Source: a candidate division FCPU426 bacterium | GTDB taxonomy: Bacteria; Oederibacteriota; JAAXVQ01; JAUVAV01 | Assembly: GCA_040756875.1 (NCBI GenBank) | Contig: JBFLYH010000002.1 | Location: forward strand, 126,526-190,525 | Reading direction: 5' to 3' | Length of the DNA stretch: 64,000 nt | Part shown: piece after piece, positions 10,088 to 19,886 of the stretch | Layout of the letters: each line of letters begins with the position of its first letter | How positions within the stretch are numbered: the stretch's first letter is position 1 | Program-made: the position numbers and the translations under genes | The notes under the pieces: model-generated | The model's input: the letters and a program-made list of their open reading frames with translations, nothing else | Told to the model about the DNA's origin: nothing | Database searches by the model: none

Positions 10088-10735
10088 CTACTTCACCCGC
10101 ACGGTTTCGCGGTAGGCCGACGAACGCGCTCCCGGCCAGGCCTGGGCCAACACAGCGCCCGCGCAGACGATGAGCACCAACGGCCGGACAAAATCCGCGT
10201 CCACTCCCAGGGTCAGCAGCGCATAGTAGCCGCTGGTCCCCAGGATCAGGATCCGCATCAGCTCCGAGACCAGCACCGCCCGGGCATGCTCGCTCAGGCG
10301 CAGGACCATCCGGCCGAGCAAACCCGCCAGCCACCAGCCGGCCAGCAGCACGACCGCGGCTTTGCCCGCCGCGGGCAACAAATCAAAATAAATTTGCCCC
10401 CAGGCCGCCAGCAGGGGCAGGCCCGAGATGATCAAGGCTTTCATGCCGAAGGTCAGAAACGTAAACCAAAAAACCGCCTCGGCGGCCGCGGCGACCGGCG
10501 CCCAGTCCGCCCGGTACCTTTGCAGCAGGGCGGTCAGCCCCAGCCGCGCGCTCAGGCGCTCCCAGCGCAGCCAACGCAGCAGCAACTGGCTCAGGTATTT
10601 GGCGACTTCGGCGCAGATCAATCCCAGGACGATGAACGCCAGTGCGAACAATATCGAACGTATGTGGTCCACAAACGTTCCGGACAACTGTTGAATCTGA
10701 TTCATCATTAAAAGCTGGGTGGAATAGGGATCCAT
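10088..10735 (-). CDS. TM-helix membrane protein (mechanosensitive-channel-associated type)
   Basis: Multiple hydrophobic helices; co-oriented between uppP and the debranching enzyme gene. Confidence 0.6.
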   Translation of the reverse strand: MDPYSTQLLMMNQIQQLSGTFVDHIRSILFALAFIVLGLICAEVAKYLSQLLLRWLRWERLSARLGLTALLQRYRADWAPVAAAAEAVFWFTFLTFGMKALIISGLPLLAAWGQIYFDLLPAAGKAAVVLLAGWWLAGLLGRMVLRLSEHARAVLVSELMRILILGTSGYYALLTLGVDADFVRPLVLIVCAGAVLAQAWPGARSSAYRETVRVK

Positions 10736-10771
10736 GACGCTCCTTCCATGATAGGACGTGAATAGGGGCGC

Positions 10772-11605
10772 TCAACCCACGGGCCGGGTCAAGAACGCCC
10801 AGGCCAGAACCAAGAGCCCCACACCGAGACGATAAAGCACGAATATATATAAGGTTCGGCGTTGCAGATACGCAAGTAAAAATTTAATTGCCGCATAGCC
10901 GGTGAGGGCGGCGGCCAGCAGCCCCACGGCCAGCACCAGCCATTCCTGGTCCGCGCCTGCGGCCAGGAGCGACTTGAGTTCGTAAACGAAGGATCCGCCG
11001 ATGGCAGGCAGGCTGAGGAGAAAAGCCAGACGTGCGGCTTCACCCCGCCTGAAATTCAGGGCCAGGGCCGCGGTCAGGATGATGCCGGAGCGGGACACAC
11101 CCGGCATCAGAGCCAGGGCCTGAGCGGCGCCGATCAACAACGCTTCGCCCACCCGCAGATCAGACAGGTCGCGGCGCTGGCCGGACCAGCGTTCCGCCAT
11201 GCCCATGACCAACCCGAAAACCACCAGCCACACCGCCACCCAGGCGGGCTGGCGGAAGACCGTGCTGAAGGCGTCTTCCCAGGCCAACGCCGCGAGCACC
11301 GCAGGCAGAGTCGCCAGAATCAGATACCAGGCCAGGCGGGCGTCAGGGTCCCGAAAAGCCTCGCCGCCCCTCCAACTGCGCAGCCAGGCTCCCAGCAGGC
11401 GCACCACGTCGCGCCAGTAATAAACCGTCACAGCCACCAGCGTGCCCGCGTGCAACACCACGCCGAAAGCCAGTGAGTTCAGCAAGGGCGATTGCAGCCC
11501 CATGACCTGGGGAAGCATCACCAGGTGGGCGGAGCTGCTCACCGGCAGGAATTCCGTGAGCCCCTGCACGATCCCCAGAATCAAGGCGGCGATCAGGTTG
11601 GTCAT
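10772..11605 (-). CDS. uppP: Undecaprenyl-diphosphate phosphatase
   Basis: GIVQGLTEFLPVSSSAH and PGVSRSG motifs. Confidence 0.95.
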   Translation of the reverse strand: MTNLIAALILGIVQGLTEFLPVSSSAHLVMLPQVMGLQSPLLNSLAFGVVLHAGTLVAVTVYYWRDVVRLLGAWLRSWRGGEAFRDPDARLAWYLILATLPAVLAALAWEDAFSTVFRQPAWVAVWLVVFGLVMGMAERWSGQRRDLSDLRVGEALLIGAAQALALMPGVSRSGIILTAALALNFRRGEAARLAFLLSLPAIGGSFVYELKSLLAAGADQEWLVLAVGLLAAALTGYAAIKFLLAYLQRRTLYIFVLYRLGVGLLVLAWAFLTRPVG

Positions 11606-11614
11606 GAACCCTCT

Positions 11615-13345
11615 TCAGTTGGCGGAGCTGGGCGTGCGGGGCGGAGTCAGGCCCCAGGTGGTGCGTTTAGCATCCAACAGGCGCAGGAACACTTCCACCA
11701 GCACGGGATCGAACTGGGTGGCTGCGCCGCCTTTCAATTGATTGACCGCCTGTTCCAGGGTCAGCGCCTGACGGTAGGGCCGGTCCGACGTCATGGCGTC
11801 GAAGGAGTCGGCCAAGGCCAGCACCCGCGCCAGCAGCGGGATTTCCTCCCCTTTCAACCGGTCGGGATAGCCGCTGCCGTCATAGCGTTCGTGATGGTAG
11901 CGCACGATGTCCGCCACTTCCCACAAGCTCCGCACCGAGCGCAGGATCTGGGAGCCGATCACCGGATGGCGTTCAATGTTTTTCCGTTCCTCGAACGTCA
12001 GGGGCGTGACTTTTTGCAGAATGCTGTCATCGATTCCGATTTTTCCCAGGTCGTGCAGCATACAGGCTTTGTTCAGCAGATCCAGGTCCTTGGGGGACAG
12101 TTCGAGCGCTTCAGCCAGGGCCAGAGCGTAGTTGATGACCGATTCAGAATGGCTGTGGGTATAGCTGTCCTTGACTTCAATCGCCGCCGCCAGGGACTTG
12201 ATGATGTCCCAAAAGCTGTCCTCCAGGGCGCTGAAGAGGTTGGCGTCGTCGATGGCGATGGCCGCCTCGGCGGCAATCCCACGCAGCAGCTGCTCGTCCT
12301 TGACGCGCAGACCGGGTTTGCCCTTGTAACCGGCCACGATGATCACGCCCAGCAGCTTGTTTTTCGTCACCAAGGGCACCAGGCGCAGGTCCCGCTCGGA
12401 CAGCACTTCGGCGAGCTTTTCCACGGGAAACCTTCCCGGCGCCTCTTCGACGCGTATAACCTCGCGCCGGCTCAATTCCCGGGGCAGAAACGGCACTTCC
12501 TCGGCCCGCAGCACCAGGCTGTAAAAGTGCTGGTTGCGGCCGGGGGGAATGCCGCTGGCGCGCCGGGGCAGAAACAGGTTCCGCTTTTCGTCCCAGGTGA
12601 AAATGCTGCACTGCCGGAAGCTGACCGACCGGCTGAGGATGATGATCAGACGGTTGACCACCTCGTCCAGCGAATTCAGGGAGCCGACTTCCTCCGCGAC
12701 CTGCAACAGGGTCTGGGCGAATTGCGCTTCTTCCCGCATCCGCTGGTACAAGGAAGCGTTGCGCACCGCCACAGCGGCCTCATGGGCGAAAATGCGGGCG
12801 TTTTCGATCTCCTCCTGGCTGAAGCGGCGGACTTTGCCGCGGCTGTAGATGTTGATGCCCCCCAGCACTTCGTCGCCGAAGCGGAGCACCACCGTCAGCA
12901 CGCTGACCAGGTGCTCGTCCCGGATCAGCCGCAGGTCGCCCTGCGGCGTTTTTTGCAGGTTCTCGAAATAAAGGTGGTCCGCCCCGCCCGCGGTCAGGGC
13001 GCGGATCCGGTCGCCGGGAATCGACTGCTGCTGGATGTAGTGGGTGAGGAATCCGTTGCCGGCGCGTATGACGATGTTTTGCTTTTCATCGTCCCAGAGC
13101 ATGCAGGACACGGCATCCGCCGTGAAAAACTCCGCCGCCATTTTCACCAGGGTGTCGAGCATCTGTTCCAGGGACTTTTCCGAGCTCAGATGCAGCGCGA
13201 TTTTCCTCATGATTTCCATCTGGTGCTGGTAGCGGGAGAGGGGGGGCCGGGGCGTGGCCGGACGGACGCGGCGGCGGGCTTTCGTTTTCAGGCCGACGGC
13301 CGAAACGGCGCGTTTTTTTTGCTTGGATCGGGATCGAATCGCCAT
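11615..13345 (-). CDS. GAF-GAF-HD-GYP cyclic dinucleotide phosphodiesterase
   Basis: Two GAF-like segments, HDLGK and HHERYDGSGYP; start taken at MAIRSR. Confidence 0.9.
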   Translation of the reverse strand: MAIRSRSKQKKRAVSAVGLKTKARRRVRPATPRPPLSRYQHQMEIMRKIALHLSSEKSLEQMLDTLVKMAAEFFTADAVSCMLWDDEKQNIVIRAGNGFLTHYIQQQSIPGDRIRALTAGGADHLYFENLQKTPQGDLRLIRDEHLVSVLTVVLRFGDEVLGGINIYSRGKVRRFSQEEIENARIFAHEAAVAVRNASLYQRMREEAQFAQTLLQVAEEVGSLNSLDEVVNRLIIILSRSVSFRQCSIFTWDEKRNLFLPRRASGIPPGRNQHFYSLVLRAEEVPFLPRELSRREVIRVEEAPGRFPVEKLAEVLSERDLRLVPLVTKNKLLGVIIVAGYKGKPGLRVKDEQLLRGIAAEAAIAIDDANLFSALEDSFWDIIKSLAAAIEVKDSYTHSHSESVINYALALAEALELSPKDLDLLNKACMLHDLGKIGIDDSILQKVTPLTFEERKNIERHPVIGSQILRSVRSLWEVADIVRYHHERYDGSGYPDRLKGEEIPLLARVLALADSFDAMTSDRPYRQALTLEQAVNQLKGGAATQFDPVLVEVFLRLLDAKRTTWGLTPPRTPSSAN

Positions 13346-13617
13346 GGAGCCGCCTTTCAAATAAATTATTATAATTGAGGTCGAACCGTCCAAGCAAGCA
13401 AATACCAGCCTGGCGGCCCGTCGCCGGGTTTGCAAATATCGCAATTGAACTCCCCGCCACCCCGGCGCGGAGTTTGCCGCACAACAGGATAAATGGTTTA
13501 CATCTTCTGGCCGGCGTGGGAAAATATGGGCCGGATTTTCGAAACCCAACCTGATCTCGCCCGTGGTGCCCCCAGGCATACGCGGAACCCTGCGCAGGGG
13601 GTCAAGGAGAGCCGTTC

Positions 13618-14748
13618 ATGCCCAAGATTAAAACCCGTGCAAAAGTCCATTCCAAAGCCGTCCGCGCCCTGCCGGCCAGCGACCGCAACCGGATCATCCG
13701 CCTGATCAACTCCACCCTGGACATCGAGGAAGTGCTCAACCTGTCCATGCGGTTGATGGAGAAAAGCCTCAACGCCACCGCTTCCTCCATCCTGCTGCAC
13801 GACCCGGATACCAACCAGTTGAAATTCTACCTGGCCACCGGGGCCAAAAAGGACATGCTGAAGGTGATCCGCATGCCCGCGGACAAGGGCGTAGCCGGCC
13901 GTTCGTTCCAAACCGGCCGCACGCTGCTGATCCCCGACGCCTCCAAAAGCCCCTTCTTCTACAAAGCCGTGGACGACAAAACCAAATTCGTGACGCACAA
14001 CCTCATCGCCACGCCCCTGCCCATCAAAGGCAAGCGCATCGGCGTGCTCGAGGTGCTCAACAAGGCCCGCGGCACCTTCACCCGCCAGGACATGCAGCAA
14101 CTGAAGTCCATGGCCGAAGAGATCGCCGTGGCCATCGACAACGCCCGCCTGTACGACGAGGTCAAGCGCGCCTTCATCGAGAGCATGCTGTCCATGGCCA
14201 AGGCTGAAAAGTTCCGGGACCACGACACGGGCCAGCACATTGAGCGCTGCGGCGAATACGCCCTGCGGCTCGCCCCGACCCTGGGTTTCGCGGAGCGCGA
14301 TTTCGAGAACCTGCGGGTCTCGATCATGATGCACGACATCGGCAAGATCGCCATCCCGGACGCTATCCTGCTCAAGCCCGGCAAGCTGGACGCATCGGAA
14401 TTCGAACTGATGAAAACCCACACCACCACCGGCGGCCAGATCCTTGGCCAGGCGCCGTTGCTGCAACTGGCCGTGCAGATCGCGACCTGCCATCACGAAA
14501 AATGGGACGGCAGCGGTTATCCCCGCAACCTGAAAGGCGAGGCCATCCCCCTTTCCGCGCGGTTGCTGGCCATCATCGACGTTTTCGACGCCCTGATGTC
14601 CAAACGGCCGTACAAAGAGCCCTTCCCGCCGGACCGCGTCAAGGCCATGCTTCTCGAAGGCCGCGGCACCCATTTCGACCCCCATGTCCTCGACCTTTTC
14701 ATCGAACGCTTCGAGGACATGTGCGCCATCCACCGCGGCCTGGCCTGA
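13618..14748 (+). CDS. GAF-HD-GYP phosphodiesterase
   Basis: GAF domain, HDIGK and HHEKWDGSGYP. Confidence 0.9.
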   Translation: MPKIKTRAKVHSKAVRALPASDRNRIIRLINSTLDIEEVLNLSMRLMEKSLNATASSILLHDPDTNQLKFYLATGAKKDMLKVIRMPADKGVAGRSFQTGRTLLIPDASKSPFFYKAVDDKTKFVTHNLIATPLPIKGKRIGVLEVLNKARGTFTRQDMQQLKSMAEEIAVAIDNARLYDEVKRAFIESMLSMAKAEKFRDHDTGQHIERCGEYALRLAPTLGFAERDFENLRVSIMMHDIGKIAIPDAILLKPGKLDASEFELMKTHTTTGGQILGQAPLLQLAVQIATCHHEKWDGSGYPRNLKGEAIPLSARLLAIIDVFDALMSKRPYKEPFPPDRVKAMLLEGRGTHFDPHVLDLFIERFEDMCAIHRGLA

Positions 14749-14770
14749 CCGGCCCGTCCCGCCCGGTTCC

Positions 14771-15670
14771 ATGCCCCACGTGTTGCTGATTTTCATCGAC
14801 GGCATCGGCCTGGGGCCGGACGATCCTGCCATCAATCCTTTCGCCGCTTTCGGCCCCTGTTGGGGCCTGGACCGCAGCCTGACCCAGTCCGGCATCGGCG
14901 CGCACGCCGCGGCCGAGGTCGTGGCCACGGACGCCACCCTGGGAATTCCGGGCCTGCCCCAAAGCGCCACCGGCCAGAGCGCACTGCTCACGGGCGTGAA
15001 CACGGCCCGTCTCCTGGGCAGGCACCTGAGCGCCTATCCCAACGAAAAATTAAAAACCTGCCTCAGCGAAAACGGAATTTTCACCTGGTGCCGCGGGCAG
15101 GGGCTATCGGCCACTTTTGCCAATGGCTATCGCCGCGAGTATTGGGAAATGGTCGAGCGGGGCAAACTGCGCCATTCCGCCACCACCCTGTCGGTCCTGG
15201 GCGCCCAGGGCCGGCTGCGCGGGGAGGAGGATTTCGCGGCTGGTGAGGCGGTGTACCACGACATAACCGGGCACTTCCTGCGCCTGTTGGGCCGCGAGGT
15301 CCCCCTGCTAACGCCCCAGGCAGCCGCACAGCGGCTGGCCGGGCTGGCCGAACGCCATGATTTCACCCTGTTCGAATTTTTTTTAACCGATTTGGTGGGG
15401 CACCGGGGGCATTGGGATCAAGCCCGCCCGCTGCTGGAACGGCTGGACGGCCTCTTGACCACCCTGGTGGAAAGACTGGACCTCCGCGAAACGGCTCTGC
15501 TGATCGCGAGCGACCACGGCAATTTCGAAAACCTGAGTGTTCCAGCCCACACCCTCAATCCGGTTCCGACAATCCTGTACGGACCAACGGCGAGGAAAAT
15601 AGCGGACAGCATTCACAGCTTGACGGACATTCTTCCGGGGATCAAGCGGTTGTTGCTGGAAGGTCACTGA
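14771..15670 (+). CDS. Alkaline phosphatase-superfamily metalloenzyme (phosphoglycerate mutase/phosphopentomutase-like)
   Basis: FIDGIGLG, PQSATGQ, TDLVGH, SDHGN, HTLNPVP motifs. Confidence 0.85.
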   Translation: MPHVLLIFIDGIGLGPDDPAINPFAAFGPCWGLDRSLTQSGIGAHAAAEVVATDATLGIPGLPQSATGQSALLTGVNTARLLGRHLSAYPNEKLKTCLSENGIFTWCRGQGLSATFANGYRREYWEMVERGKLRHSATTLSVLGAQGRLRGEEDFAAGEAVYHDITGHFLRLLGREVPLLTPQAAAQRLAGLAERHDFTLFEFFLTDLVGHRGHWDQARPLLERLDGLLTTLVERLDLRETALLIASDHGNFENLSVPAHTLNPVPTILYGPTARKIADSIHSLTDILPGIKRLLLEGH

Positions 15671-15867
15671 GAAAACATCATTTTTTTAAACCAGAGGCGG
15701 AAAGGGACGCGTTTCTTGGCATTGTAGGCTTTCAGAATGATTTTTTGATAGCGGTTGACTGCTTTGTGGTATTGTGCGTGTTTATAGGGATCGTCGCCGG
15801 CTTCAGCCCTCATGGCCAGCAACCGGTCCGCAGCCACTGCGCGACGTTTCAGGAAGGTGAACTTCAT
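15664..15867 (-). CDS. Small basic hypothetical protein (67 aa)
   Basis: GAAGGAG RBS upstream of the ATG and a putative ECF-type promoter. Confidence 0.55.
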   Translation of the reverse strand: MKFTFLKRRAVAADRLLAMRAEAGDDPYKHAQYHKAVNRYQKIILKAYNAKKRVPFRLWFKKMMFSQ

Positions 15868-15897
15868 ATTCGCACTGCTCCTTCTGGCCTTTTAGTA

Positions 15898-15926
15898 TTA
15901 GACTACGCTCAGGCGATTTTGTTTCA
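15898..15926 (-). promoter_or_regulatory. Putative ECF-sigma promoter TGAAAC-N17-GTCTAA
   Basis: Read on the minus strand upstream of the 15867 ATG. Confidence 0.45.
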
Positions 15927-16023
15927 TAAATTTTAGCCATAAAACGCCGTAAAACCGGCCCAAACGTGGTTTTACGCGGCCATAAATCCCAGATTCGGTC
16001 TATCACTCCTCTTTGCGAGGTGC

Positions 16024-16737
16024 ATGATGCCCGTAAGCCTGACTGCCGCCCTGGCGGACATCCGACAACTGGCCGACCCGGTCAAGGCAAAATTCCTGAG
16101 CAGGTTTTTCAAAACCGGACCGGGCGAGTATGCCGAAGGCGACCGTTTTCTGGGGATTACGGTTCCCCAGTTGCGGCGCCTGGCCAAAAAGTACGCTATC
16201 CTGCCCCTGGCTGACATCGAGCGCCTGATCCAATCGCCCGACCACGAAACGCGTTTGCTGGGACTGCTGCTGGTGGTCGGCCGTTATCCCCGAGCTTCGG
16301 AAGCTGACCGCGAGTCGCTCTTCCGCTGCTATGTGCGCAACGCCCGGCACATCAATAACTGGGATCTGGTGGACGTCACCGCGCCCCACGTCTTGGGCGC
16401 GCATCTCGAACACCGTGACCGCGGGTTGCTGGAGGAATGGGCGGGCTCCCCCAACTTGTGGAAGCGGCGCCTGTCGCTCCTCGCCACTTTGCGGTTCATC
16501 CGCAAAGGCGACTTTAGCCTCACCCTGCGCCTGGTCGACCGCCTGCTGCAGGACCCCGAGGACCTGATGCATAAAGCTGCGGGCTGGATGCTGCGCGAAG
16601 TCGGCAAAAAGGACCGCGCCCGGCTGGAAGCTTTCCTGCGCCCCCGCTATCAGCGCATGCCCCGGACCATGCTGCGCTACGCCATCGAACGTTTTCCCGC
16701 CCAGCGGCGTCAAGCATACCTGAAAAGCCGGATCTAA
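16024..16737 (+). CDS. DNA alkylation repair protein (AlkD family)
   Basis: FFKTGPGEYAEGDRFLG, INNWDLVD, HKAAGWMLREVGK, RTMLRYAIE motifs. Confidence 0.9.
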   Translation: MMPVSLTAALADIRQLADPVKAKFLSRFFKTGPGEYAEGDRFLGITVPQLRRLAKKYAILPLADIERLIQSPDHETRLLGLLLVVGRYPRASEADRESLFRCYVRNARHINNWDLVDVTAPHVLGAHLEHRDRGLLEEWAGSPNLWKRRLSLLATLRFIRKGDFSLTLRLVDRLLQDPEDLMHKAAGWMLREVGKKDRARLEAFLRPRYQRMPRTMLRYAIERFPAQRRQAYLKSRI

Positions 16738-16756
16738 CCCTGTGGAGGTGGCACGC

Positions 16757-17578
16757 ATGAAAACCATCCGCACGCCCAAAACCGCACGCGTCACAAAGCC
16801 AGATTTCGAATCCGTCAACCTCATTTTCATACATGGCGTGAACGACCAGGCCACGGGATATAGCCAGGCATTATACGAGAACATTTTGCGCCACTATCAG
16901 CGCCTGCTCCGCGAACAGGGGCGCACCCCGGCCGAAGCCGAGCAAGCCTCCCGGCGGTTCTATCAAAAGGAAGTGTTTTGGGCCAACCGCACTTCGGACC
17001 TGACCCGCCGGTTTCTCACCCTGCAGTACCGTCTGGGGCGGCGCAAAGGCAAATGGAACTTCCTGCTCCAGGGCATTGACCCGTTGATGATCCAAATCCT
17101 GTATTATATTAAAGACAAGGGCGACAAAAAAACCGGGTCCATGGGCATCCTGCGGGCCGTGCATCGGGAATTCCGGCGCTCCTGGACCACGCCCCGGGGT
17201 AAAAACGTGGTGATCGCGCACTCCCTGGGAAGCGTAATCGCCTTCGACTACCTCTTCGGGTTCCGCAAATACCGCCTGCCCGCGCGGCAGTCCGTGGAGG
17301 CGTTCGTCACTTTCGGCTCTCCCCTGCCCCTGTTCACCACGGCCATGGGCTACGTGGAAAGCCCCGTGCAGCTTCCGCGCAACGTGCGGCGCTGGATCAA
17401 CATCCTGGACCCGGATGACAGTGTGGCCCGGTACTGCCGGCCGCATTTCAAACGTTTGTCGGTCGAGGATATCGAAATGAATTGCGGCTGGACGCCCATC
17501 GGCGCGCACACCGGCTACTGGCGCAGCCAGCCCATGGCCGAACTGCTGGCCAAACGCCTGCTGGCCTGGGGGCTCTAG
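16757..17578 (+). CDS. Alpha/beta hydrolase fold protein
   Basis: FIHGV, AHSLGS nucleophile elbow, TFGSP, DPDD, AHTGYW. Confidence 0.75.
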   Translation: MKTIRTPKTARVTKPDFESVNLIFIHGVNDQATGYSQALYENILRHYQRLLREQGRTPAEAEQASRRFYQKEVFWANRTSDLTRRFLTLQYRLGRRKGKWNFLLQGIDPLMIQILYYIKDKGDKKTGSMGILRAVHREFRRSWTTPRGKNVVIAHSLGSVIAFDYLFGFRKYRLPARQSVEAFVTFGSPLPLFTTAMGYVESPVQLPRNVRRWINILDPDDSVARYCRPHFKRLSVEDIEMNCGWTPIGAHTGYWRSQPMAELLAKRLLAWGL

Positions 17579-17663
17579 CGATTAAGGCCGGGCTGATTAT
17601 TCCGAAACTACCAGGGTGGCCATTGGCTCCCCCAGGGAGCCTCGGGCGAAGGAGGCTGCCCTC

Positions 17664-18002
17664 ATGGATAGCAATCGCAAATTTCAGCGGGTCAACGTCA
17701 ATTTATCCGTGGCGTGCCGCTTTCCGGGCTCCAGCACGACCCGGGGCGAGGTTTCCGACCTCAGCCTGGGCGGTATGAAGGTCAGCGTGCCCATCGACCA
17801 GATACCTTCCTCCGAGGAGCTCTGGTACGACATCCATCTGCCCGCGCCTTTCGCGCATCTGTCGGGCAGCGGCAAAGTCCGCTGGCAACAGGCGGACCCC
17901 GGGCAGCAGCGGTTGTGGCTGGGCATGGAGTTCGTTTCCCTGAGCGAGGAACAGCGGAAGGACCTGGAACACATCATCGGAGAGCTGGAAGAAGATAATT
18001 AA
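17664..18002 (+). CDS. PilZ domain protein
   Basis: RKFQR and DLSLGG; GGAGG RBS. Confidence 0.85.
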   Translation: MDSNRKFQRVNVNLSVACRFPGSSTTRGEVSDLSLGGMKVSVPIDQIPSSEELWYDIHLPAPFAHLSGSGKVRWQQADPGQQRLWLGMEFVSLSEEQRKDLEHIIGELEEDN

Positions 18003-19561
18003 TCCTGCGGCCGGCGTTTGTAAACCACCCAGCCGGTTTCGTCCCTTTCCTTGACGTACCCCTGCTTCCCAAAATAGTCGGCAACCGCTTGCAGCCGCCG
18101 CCAATAATCCTCGGGCAGCCGTTGGGAGCGAAGGTCGATCACCACATAGTCCATTTCATGCGTCCTGGCAAATTCAACCGGATCGGGCATCCATTGGTGC
18201 AACAGATACAGTCGGGGCCGGAAAGCCAGGTGCGGGCTGATGTTTTCCTCGGTCAGCACCGACGCTTGCGGAGGAACAGCCGCGAGGATTGCTTTCCCCG
18301 CGCGCTGATGAGCGGTCAGGACATGCGCTTGCCCGTAGAATTTCCTGCCCAGGGGATTGTCCCCGCTTTCGAGATTGACCAGCAGCGCCAAAGCCAGCAG
18401 CAACGCCGCGAGAAAAGATTCCATCCGGCCGACTTTCAGCTTGCCGGCCAGCTTGGCTCCCCAACCGCCCTCCGCCAGGCAGCATTTCATTCCCCAGGCA
18501 CAGGCAAAATACAGGAATGGCATGACGTGCAGTGAATAATGATCCCAATAATTGTACATGGCCGGGTAATTGCCGATGGACTTGAACCAGATCGCGGCTG
18601 CCAGGGGCAGCAGGGCCCAGCCTGACAGGAGCGACAGGAATGCGGTTGGCGCCAGCAGATAGAAAATGGGAAAAAGCTTGTCCCATTGCAGGATGGGCAG
18701 GACCAGCATCCACGGCCGGGTGGCAAAAGTGTGTACAATGCCCTGGGGCGAGCCGCCCAGATGGCTGAAATATTTAACGAACAATTGCTGGGTGTCCGGG
18801 CCGAACTGCGGCATCAACCACAGACGGATAAGCAAAGCGCTGGCCAGGCCCGCAACAACCAACGCAAGCCCGCGTTTGACCTCTTTCATACCGAGCCAGA
18901 GGAACAAACCCACTGCCCCGAAATAAAGACCCACTTCCTCTTTTCCGGCTATGGCCGCAATCGCCAGAAAGTAAAACCATATCCAGCGCCGCTTAGCCAA
19001 GGCCAGCAGGCTTAAAGCAATGACCAGCACATTGAAGGAATCCGCGTGCGCGGCAGCCAGCTGCGCCAGTTGCACATAGGGGTTAAGCAAATACGAAACG
19101 CCGACCGCCAAACCCAGCCATTCGGATTTCGTCACTTCCCAGGTCAGCCAATAGAGCGCCACAGCCACTGCGGCCACGCTCAGGCAGGAAAGCAGGACTA
19201 TAGCGCTAACGTTCGGAAAGCACTTAAACCACAGGGCCACGGGATACCATAGCAGTGAAAAATGGTCCCGCAGCAGATGCGTGCCCAACACCGTCGAAAC
19301 CGGCGCCTGCCCCACGCTCATTTTCCAGAGGCACTGAAGAAAATGAGAAAAATCCGTAGCTCCGGCCGCAAATTGGGCATGACGGGTCATGTAGGCGAGC
19401 CAATAGAACCAGGCGTGCAGCAGCGCCAGCCCGGAAACAACAAGCGCGCCCAATGAGTGGGACAATGCAGGGAATTTGACGCGCCGGGCCAGAAACACGG
19501 CCAACCCCAGGGAGACCGCCAGGATCAAACAGTAGACAAGGAATAATCTGGGCGGAAACAT
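17999..19561 (-). CDS. DUF2079-like polytopic membrane protein (probable GT-C glycosyltransferase)
   Basis: DFSHFLQ...HLLRDHFS, KEE, VPPQASV motifs; many TM helices. Confidence 0.75.
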   Translation of the reverse strand: MFPPRLFLVYCLILAVSLGLAVFLARRVKFPALSHSLGALVVSGLALLHAWFYWLAYMTRHAQFAAGATDFSHFLQCLWKMSVGQAPVSTVLGTHLLRDHFSLLWYPVALWFKCFPNVSAIVLLSCLSVAAVAVALYWLTWEVTKSEWLGLAVGVSYLLNPYVQLAQLAAAHADSFNVLVIALSLLALAKRRWIWFYFLAIAAIAGKEEVGLYFGAVGLFLWLGMKEVKRGLALVVAGLASALLIRLWLMPQFGPDTQQLFVKYFSHLGGSPQGIVHTFATRPWMLVLPILQWDKLFPIFYLLAPTAFLSLLSGWALLPLAAAIWFKSIGNYPAMYNYWDHYSLHVMPFLYFACAWGMKCCLAEGGWGAKLAGKLKVGRMESFLAALLLALALLVNLESGDNPLGRKFYGQAHVLTAHQRAGKAILAAVPPQASVLTEENISPHLAFRPRLYLLHQWMPDPVEFARTHEMDYVVIDLRSQRLPEDYWRRLQAVADYFGKQGYVKERDETGWVVYKRRPQD

Positions 19562-19637
19562 TAACTCACCTTGGGATCACTGATATCCGAATTTGGCATT
19601 TATTTTTTCCTCCCCAAGTTATGCGGGAGGGGTTGGA

Positions 19638-19675
19638 CACCCTCCCCTTCCTCCCCTCCCCTCGAGGGAGGGGAA
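19638..19675. repeat. REP-like GC-rich palindrome
   Basis: CACCCTCCCCTTCCTCCCCTCCCCTCGAGGGAGGGGAA; a related copy lies at 28072-28104. Confidence 0.6.
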
Positions 19676-19722
19676 TATTTATAGAAGGTCTTTAATAATA
19701 TATTTTCCAAGACAATACAAAA

Positions 19723-19837
19723 GGGCATTACAGTCTGGATAAGAAAGCTTCAGAGGAAATCCCTTTAAGCGGGGGATTTCCGATGCAGAGCGAGCCTCTC
19801 TGAGGCGAGCGTCTTTCGAATCCAGACTGTAATGCCC
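19723..19837. mobile_element. 115-bp element with perfect 18-bp terminal inverted repeats (MITE-like or structured RNA)
   Basis: GGGCATTACAGTCTGGAT ... ATCCAGACTGTAATGCCC, with internal hairpins GGAAATCCC/GGGATTTCC and GCCTC/GAGGC. Confidence 0.55.
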
Positions 19838-19886
19838 GAATCACATGATAACTGGAGGTTCCCCGAAAAGAATGCATCTCGATACT

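Noticed and set aside
11492-13378. Long antisense or alternate-frame ORFs (also 13498-15003, 42128-43975, 56473-57969, 59821-61536, 61774-63708)
   Set aside because: Shadow ORFs typical of high-GC DNA, lying opposite clearly recognisable genes.
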